Assembly: GCA_964187785.1 (NCBI GenBank)
Contig: OZ076409.1
Coordinates: 9,550,001 to 9,614,000 of the forward strand
DNA from: Amphiscolops sp. MND2022
Taxonomy: Eukaryota
Direction of reading: 5' to 3'
Length of the DNA stretch: 64,000 nucleotides
Below, one piece after another: positions 54,823 to 64,000 of this stretch. Position 1 is the first letter of the stretch, and every line of letters begins with the position of its first letter. Both the position numbers and the translations under genes were made by a program. A model generated the notes under the pieces. That model was given only the letters and a program-made list of their open reading frames with translations, did no database searches and was not told the origin of the DNA.

Positions 54823-55971
54823 TTAGGAAGAAAGTCCGAGGTTAATATTGAATTAGTTCGGAAAACTGGTAATATCAATGAACTGAACGTTGTGAAAAGA
54901 AAGCAACTTGTGTCCCCTCAGGAAGGGGGTGTATATATATATATACCTCCTGAGGCATGACACTCACATTTTCCACATATTATTGAAATGTTTACATGTT
55001 CTAAAGGGTCGTGAAATTTTACGAGTATTAAAAAATAGCTATTGCATCAAAGTGATTCATGAATTTAGGGTCGGAAAAATTCCTGAGGAATGCACTCAAT
55101 TACATACTCATGATAGCTTCAAAGTACGGGGGACGGTTTAGTCCGCATTCCCGTAACAGTTAACATCAAAGCAAATATATGTTCAGACACTTCAAAGTAA
55201 TATTTGTGTCAACAGGTATGTGAGGTATCTAAGGCACGTGCCTGCACACGCAAGCTAATTCATCAAGTAGCAACTCCAATTACATGCACTAATAAAAGGT
55301 GGATGTGGCCCAATTCGGCCATTTGACAAAGGATCCAGCCAATTAAAGCGACCGGTTTAGTCCACCGGACTATTATTTAGAGTTTATGACTGGTGGTCAC
55401 AAATACATCAATTAGGTTTAAATAGGCCCATTAGCACCTTCTAAGTACAAATATAATCTTACATGACTTTAAATAACATGCATACTCAAATTAAACAATT
55501 AAACAAGCTAATAGTTGGAATGGCCTAATCCGGCCATTTGCCTTTGGTCCGCTTACAAAATAAGGTATAGCGTCAAGTGGCCGTATACGGCCAAACAAAT
55601 ATGATAGTATAATGCACAGCAGGATAGAGCGTTCTGATTGGCTAATGAAATGAGCTCAAGTGACGTCTCCGGAATTAGAGTTTCGTTCACTTGAACTCGT
55701 TTCCTTTAAGCTTTACACTTGCCTTTACTATATTACGTCACTGCTAAACAATCCATCATATAAGCATAATCATCACCGTTTGAATTCTAACACGAGTATT
55801 AATCAGACTAATATACAATCCGAATACATAATGAATATAATAGAACAACAGTGAGTTTTACTAAAAGTTTTGAATAATTCTCTTAAAATGTGGGCAAAGT
55901 ACCTGGTACGGCTTCTTGCTCGTTAGTAGTCGTTGTGATCCGTGTCCCATCGCAAGCGGCAGCCTGCGACA
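54231..55971 (-). repeat. 5' LTR of element 2, containing the gag start codon (54822)
   Basis: Followed immediately on the minus strand by TGGTGACAGG (PBS-like). Confidence 0.97.
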
Positions 55972-56071
55972 CCCTTTACCTAATTTTTCAAATGCATATT
56001 AGTTAGGTCGCGAGTTGGCGCCACTTGTTGGGATGAAAGCGTCACCCCGGCGGCGCCGGGCCTTACAAATA

Positions 56072-58685
<2,614 letters not shown>

Positions 58686-59218
58686 ACTCTAAATACCAGC
58701 TAGTAATTTAACGATCGGATACAGCCATTCGGCTTTGTAACAAGTCACGTAAAAAGCCAAAGGCCGGTTACGGTCTTTAATTTAAAAACTCACGTAATGG
58801 CGCTAAACATGTATTATATTTATAATAGAAGAAATGTCAGGATTGTCAGACAAGTTAATTAGTAACATCCTGCCCACTTAAAGTACAATGAAATGGGAAC
58901 ATTTTGTATTAATATTCCGCATGTACTATCTCTCTATACCATTTTCCACCTAGCTAGCAAAATGGACGGATGGTACACTGCGACCAGGACGTCCACATTT
59001 GAAGACTACATGCATCTATCTGACTCGTAAAAACAATTTTGCAGTGTAAACTGTTATGTGTTGGAATAGTAGGTCCATTACGCTAACCCAAAGCCCGACC
59101 CATGAAGTTGTCTATTCTACCTGTCCCGATTTTGTAAAAAAAAACAATCATTTGGAAAAACGCAACGAGATTTTTTCAACCTGATGATGCGAGTGGTGTT
59201 GCTAAGAATAGATGAAAC

Positions 59219-59900
59219 ATGCTATAAATAACTTCATGACTGTTGAAAAACTAAAAATGTATCGTCATCCTGGTATGAAGGGTCAGTCAGTATAAGCCGG
59301 CCCTGTTGGGGATAACCGACACAAAACAAAATTCGTCTTCATACTATAAAATTGAATCTTTTCATTGTATGAAATGAGAGAACAAATTCAATAAAGCATT
59401 TTTCCCAAAGACTCTTTCGAATGACTTCGACTAGAAGACCGAAAGCCTAAGCAAGGGCTTCTAGAGAAAATAAAATTTTGTCCAATTTTGACAAAGTGGA
59501 TTTTGGCTCGGCGATTACAATTCACGCCCTCCAGAGAGAAAGAAGAGAGATACAGAGACAGAGATAGTGAAAGAAGAGGTTAGAAAAAGTAATAAACAAC
59601 TCCATAGGCCAAGGACACTCTAGCAAAAATTGTTTTAAAGAGAAGGTGCTCAAAAATATTGGATAAAGGGATGAAAATGATTGACATGCTAGGCTCTTGG
59701 ATTAAATGGAGAATATAGCGGGAGAAATGAATCTCAGACTACCTCAGAAAAGGTTCGCTCATGAATGTAATGCATACACAGGTTAATGGAGCAATCCATT
59801 CTGCATTTAATGACAGTGTAATCACTGAGATACGAAACATTGTTAGAATCATGCCTTCGAGGGAATCCCTGAATTCCAACTTAAAATACAAACCTATGTC
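59219..59900 (+). mobile_element. old degenerate LTR relic of the gag-in-LTR group
   Basis: TATAAATA at ~59224 and AATAAA at ~59390, then MTSTRRPKA*ARASRENKILSNFDKVDF (59421) and MNVMHTQVNGAIHSAFNDSVITEIRNIV, homologous to the element 2 Gag N-terminus. Boundaries approximate. Confidence 0.6.
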
Positions 59901-60246
59901 TCTGGAACTCTGTTTCTTTCTGGTCTCTGCTGGCCAATTCAAAACAACTGACTTTTCAAAGCTACCAAAGATAAAGTAGAAGGTATCTCCTGATTAAAAA
60001 AGAAATAAAAAACTTCAAAACTGATTATCTAGAAATCATATTGTCAAACGTTGTGAGTATGAGAATGTCATTAGGAAATTTTATTTTTCACGTTTGGTTT
60101 TTTCTTCCACCGGATGTTAGTTGGATGTTTTCGGTTTACTTGAATCTCTAAGAATTATTACATTTGCATTGATATGCGACTTTCAGATGGCCTCTCAAAT
60201 TCAATGATCAACATTTGAACTTTTTATCAATCAGAAAAGTAGACAC

Positions 60247-60747
60247 TTATCTCCTACTGCAGCCAAGATGCTCGTGAGCCAGGAGTACAGTATAACTGGG
60301 CCACAAGCGATAAAAGATCAACCTCAAGATTTCCAAGGAGGATTGGAACAGATTTCTCAAGTTTCCGTCGTCAGAGGAGGCGTTGGAAGACCTAAAGAGC
60401 TTTTTGTTGGAGTATTCACTTCTACTGAAGTCAATTTCTTCTACTTCATCAGCGGAGTTTCCGTTATTTGCGACTCTATTGGTCAAACAACCACGTTCTG
60501 AACTCGTGCTAGACAAGTTGTCCACTTTTGATGACAAGTTCTCAATCAGTTTTAGAATTTCCCGCTGGTTCAATTCAGTATCTCTAAGACGTTTTGAAAT
60601 TTTATTTTCGATTTTATTGGAAATGTCCTCAAAGTCTCTATCAGACAGTAGGGTGTTTTCGTCATTAGTTGAACTCGCTACCTCTTCGTCCACCTGGCTA
60701 GTTGACTGGTCAATTCTGAGTTTTCGTTTCTGAGACCTTTCCGGCAT
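60247..60747 (-). CDS. Gag-like N-terminus (coiled coil) in the putative LTR of element 3, reading into flank
   Basis: MPERSQKRKLR..ISNKIENKISKRL; the inferred LTR end falls at ..EYSN|, as for ..AYD| in element 2. Confidence 0.5.
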   Translation of the reverse strand: MPERSQKRKLRIDQSTSQVDEEVASSTNDENTLLSDRDFEDISNKIENKISKRLRDTELNQREILKLIENLSSKVDNLSSTSSERGCLTNRVANNGNSADEVEEIDFSRSEYSNKKLFRSSNASSDDGNLRNLFQSSLEILRLIFYRLWPSYTVLLAHEHLGCSRR

Positions 60748-62324
60748 AATTTTAAAAATACCAGTTGATAATACTCAATTGAATTGGATGACAATATTAG
60801 TAACCGAGGTTGGTCGGTCAGCTGGTCAATCAACCAAAATCAAATACAATTAGTATCAAACACGTGGAGGGTCCGCAAAATTCAAGATTAAAATTGAATA
60901 CAATTTCAAAGAGCGAATAACAAATGATTACAAAGTTGAAAATTAATATCTGTCCTTTCCTAATCCCGCTTCAGGTACATATACTTTACGCTAGACACGC
61001 GGGGAAAACCCCGCGCGTGAATTCACACCTCGTTCAACTCGGCGTGTTTTCCAAGACGAGAAAATCCAAATAAGGTAGGCTTCCTCGGGATTCGGCATTC
61101 GGCTTCATCCTGCTTTCAAGTGAAAGCGGGAATCACTTCCTGCCGCTTCCCAATTCCGCGTCCCTTTCTTCTTCATTTCCCGCCTTTTCAAGACGCCGAG
61201 TCAAAGTTGGCACTGAAAATTCATGAACCTAGCTACTGAGGCGGGAAAAGGAACTGATTTTACATCGAAGAAATTAGTACTAACTGAAATAAATTGCACT
61301 AAATTGGAAAATGGATTTCAGGCAATATTAATCTCACAAAATGATCAATTTTATGGAGTAATCCACTGATTAAAATTCTGGTCGAATACCAGGACGACCT
61401 ATCAGCTTGGATTTCCGGAACACATGACAGGACATTGAACACCATAAACTAGCACAGGGAGGGGGGTTTAACACAACTTTAATGGCTACAGAAAGTATTA
61501 TATGCCATTCAAACAATAATAGATCAGAACAAATTGATAATTAACACTTAACACAATTTGGTTAATCTTTTACTCGTACTCAACCAAAACGGTTGCCCTG
61601 GTGGTCGTCCCGGGGTGGAGTATTAGCAACACGGTAATATTTGAACAAAACACTGCACGATGAACGAAATAATGCTTTGGTGGGAGAATTAGACCAAATT
61701 TGTTATATTAATTAAGTTACACTAATGATTAATGCACATTAATATTGGTTATAATAGATAGGTTATCCCGGTGGTTGTCCCATTTTGGGAAGAAGATTTG
61801 GACGGCCAGGCGGTTGACCTGAACAATAAATCAAATACTTTCATCGTTTAGGTACTTCAACATTTCCATCGGTTATTTATTGGTGGTTAGAGCATCTTTT
61901 AAGTTCCGTGTTCATATTGAAATGGTACAGCATTTATGTAGTAATAATACTGCTTCGGTTATTTGAAGCGTGTGGCCAGGCGTGCGTCCCAGCACTCGAT
62001 TGACTGGTGAGCCGCCTGGTATCGCTGTTCAGCTAGCGCGGTGTATTTGCACTAATCGCTGATTGGTCCGATGAAAATGGAATGATATTATTCTGCTAAA
62101 GCTCCGTTGTTATTGTAGCGGTAAATTGATTAGCGTGCTGGCCGAGTTAATTTCGGTCGGTATGCTGTTCGTTTTACTGTAAACAAATTGCACTGAAAGC
62201 ACTTTAATATTATTTAAGTATTTACATATTTATGTATTTTAGGTACTGCGCTGAATTAACAATGTTTGTTGGATGGTTTAATAGGATTGTTTGTTAATCG
62301 TTTCTTTCAGGTTCAGTGATGTTC

Positions 62325-62957
62325 TTATTCGGTCCTTTTCTGGGTGATTTCTCCATTCCCTTCCTTTGGCGTTCTCCCTGTATTCAGTATTTCGCTGCTC
62401 TCTGAGGGCTGCGACAGTCCCCCGCTTTGGTGAGGGACGTCCACTATGGGAGGTAATGGAGAAATTGGCCTGAAAGGTGACGATATTGGCGGATGAAATA
62501 CAGATTGTATCATTGAATCGTAGGATAGCCAGGATGAGTCAGTTGTCCAGTCACTGCCCGAGAAAAAACCAATTGAGCTGGTATCAGATATTGGGCTCAT
62601 TGTCCCGTCGTTGGGACTGTATAACCAGCTGTTCATGTTGTCGTAATTTCTCGGTGGGCTCATGAATATGTCATCTGGTATAATCGGGTTGACGTTGGTA
62701 AATCTTCTGACGGGGAGTGTATCCTCTTGTGCCGTGGAGAGTATTGAAGATGGGGCTGTTTCGTGATAAAGTACGATGTGTTCTCCCCCAGTGTTTATAA
62801 TTTCATAAACATCTTGGATAATGGGTGATTGTTCCGCCGCGTGGGGGTTATACAGTGTCTTGGGTGTTGATTGCGCCGCTGGGTTTTTCAAGTAAGCAGC
62901 TTGGTCGCGTTCCAAAATAAAACTATCGTTGGATAAATTGAAATCAAAAGATGCCAT
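62325..62957 (-). CDS. accessory ORF of element 3 overlapping the putative LTR (210 aa, Ser/Pro-rich)
   Basis: ATG-initiated ORF whose stop lies ~90 nt inside the putative LTR, as with 41625-42390. Confidence 0.55.
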   Translation of the reverse strand: MASFDFNLSNDSFILERDQAAYLKNPAAQSTPKTLYNPHAAEQSPIIQDVYEIINTGGEHIVLYHETAPSSILSTAQEDTLPVRRFTNVNPIIPDDIFMSPPRNYDNMNSWLYSPNDGTMSPISDTSSIGFFSGSDWTTDSSWLSYDSMIQSVFHPPISSPFRPISPLPPIVDVPHQSGGLSQPSESSEILNTGRTPKEGNGEITQKRTE

Positions 62958-63237
62958 TGTATTACTGATGCGAGTAATCGGTTAATGTAATAAGGATGCT
63001 GATTGCGAATGAATGCTGAGCGACCGTCTCAGGAATAGCTGAATAATTGAATGATAATTATATTCTTTAGAGTTGTTCACGCCGCTTGCGTAGTTGGGAA
63101 AGTTTTCAGCTGGCAGACTGATTGACTTCCATTACGTCATATTAATAGATTATGATAATAATATTAGCGTTGGTTTTACGCAACGTCTTCGACTTTTGGT
63201 ATCAGGTTTGAGTTTATTTCAGATTTGAGTGTTTATT

Positions 63238-63928
63238 ATGTCGCATTCGACTGATGAAGATGACCAGCGGATTTTGCGGTCTGGAAAAATTGGAGTTGTG
63301 GAGAGCGAGGGAGAAGGTATTTTGCTACATGAGGCAGGTCAAGAGAGTCATGAGGGAGAGAGTGAAATGACGGGCGTTCTGCTGCAAGAGGCAGGTCAAG
63401 AAAGTCATGAGGAAGAAAGTGCTGCTGAGTCCCGATTGGTTATTGCTGAGTCAAGTGGTGAAGAAGAAGTTATGGAGTCGTTGGCTGGGTTGGAGTCCCA
63501 GTGTGCTAAACGTGGTAGTGGGTTCGGGGAGATTGATAATGATGACTGTTCCGATGACACGGGTTCTGAGAGTGCAAGTAACAATGGCAGTTCGGATAGT
63601 GACGATGCTGGTTCGATGCACTCGACAGGAAGTGATGCACGCCACAATTTGGACTATTTATGTGATTTAGAGGGTAAGTTGCTTAGCGAAATGTTAGTGG
63701 CCAGCTAACTTTTCATGCTAGTATGCAGACGCGTCATTTCATCCACCTTTCTTGCTGTTTTAGGATTGTCCGACGATTCTCGTGATGATGATTATGTCCC
63801 TGGGTCTCACTCTGCTGTGGCATCTGTTAGTGGTGCTAGTCCATCTGAGCAAGGCCGTTGGTCTCAATCTGGAGGGTGTGCTGGGATGACCACTAGATCA
63901 GCGGCGTCGCCTATTGCAGGTTTTGAAG
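63238..63928 (+). CDS. first exons of an antisense spliced acidic gene in element 3 (continues beyond the window)
   Basis: Exon 63238-63673, intron gtaagt..ctgttttag (63674-63763), exon 63764-63928 open in phase (GLSDDSRDDDYVPG...), next donor G|gtgggt. Confidence 0.6.
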
Positions 63929-64000
63929 GTGGGTATTTCTTTCTTCCTCTAGCATTATATAAATACCTTGGCTGTGCTCGTTCGAATGATTGTTTCTGCT

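Larger units (their letters stand above)
39973..55971 (-). mobile_element. full-length Ty3/gypsy LTR retrotransposon, 16.0 kb (element 2)
   Basis: 1741-bp direct repeats 39973-41713 and 54231-55971 with TGTCG...CGACA termini; perfect TSD CCCTT (39968-39972, 55972-55976); gag and pol on the minus strand. Confidence 0.97.
60405..64000 (-). mobile_element. 3' part of a third LTR retrotransposon with element-2-like architecture (element 3); putative LTR 60405-62416
   Basis: TGTTGG...CTGCGACA boundaries; minus-strand aaagcggggga next to the boundary; Gag-like ORF in the putative LTR; ORF crossing into it; divergent antisense spliced gene. The partner LTR would lie outside the window. Confidence 0.65.

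Noticed and set aside
39973..55971. DIRS/tyrosine-recombinase element with split direct repeats
   Set aside because: A DDE integrase, TG..CA ends, a 5-bp TSD and a PBS indicate a Ty3/gypsy LTR element

Overview
AT-rich eukaryotic (probably animal) DNA dominated by large LTR retrotransposons. (1) 1-15 kb: an intron-containing APC-family amino-acid permease resembling bacterial ethanolamine permeases, on the minus strand. One of its introns holds a ~52-copy 89-bp tandem array built from the gene's own exon-end/5' splice-site junction, plus hAT-type MITEs. (2) 19004-38718: a young 19.7-kb Ty3/gypsy element (733/732-bp LTRs, tRNA-Arg-like PBS). Its Pol appears to end in tandem TARG1/OARD1-like macrodomains, and it carries a large extra ORF with SGNH-like motifs. 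(3) 39973-55971: a 16-kb Ty3/gypsy element on the minus strand (1741-bp LTRs, CCCTT TSD) with an unusual layout. The first ~197 codons of gag lie inside the LTR and read through the PBS. A sense accessory ORF runs into the 3' LTR and there is no adjacent PPT. An antisense 5-exon, ~1300-aa zinc-finger/hAT-transposase-like gene keeps four GT-AG introns. (4) 60405-end: a diverged element that appears to share this layout. Degenerate LTR relics of the same group occur at 5.3, 7.1 and 59.4 kb. All domain calls and splice models come from reading motifs by eye; no searches were run.
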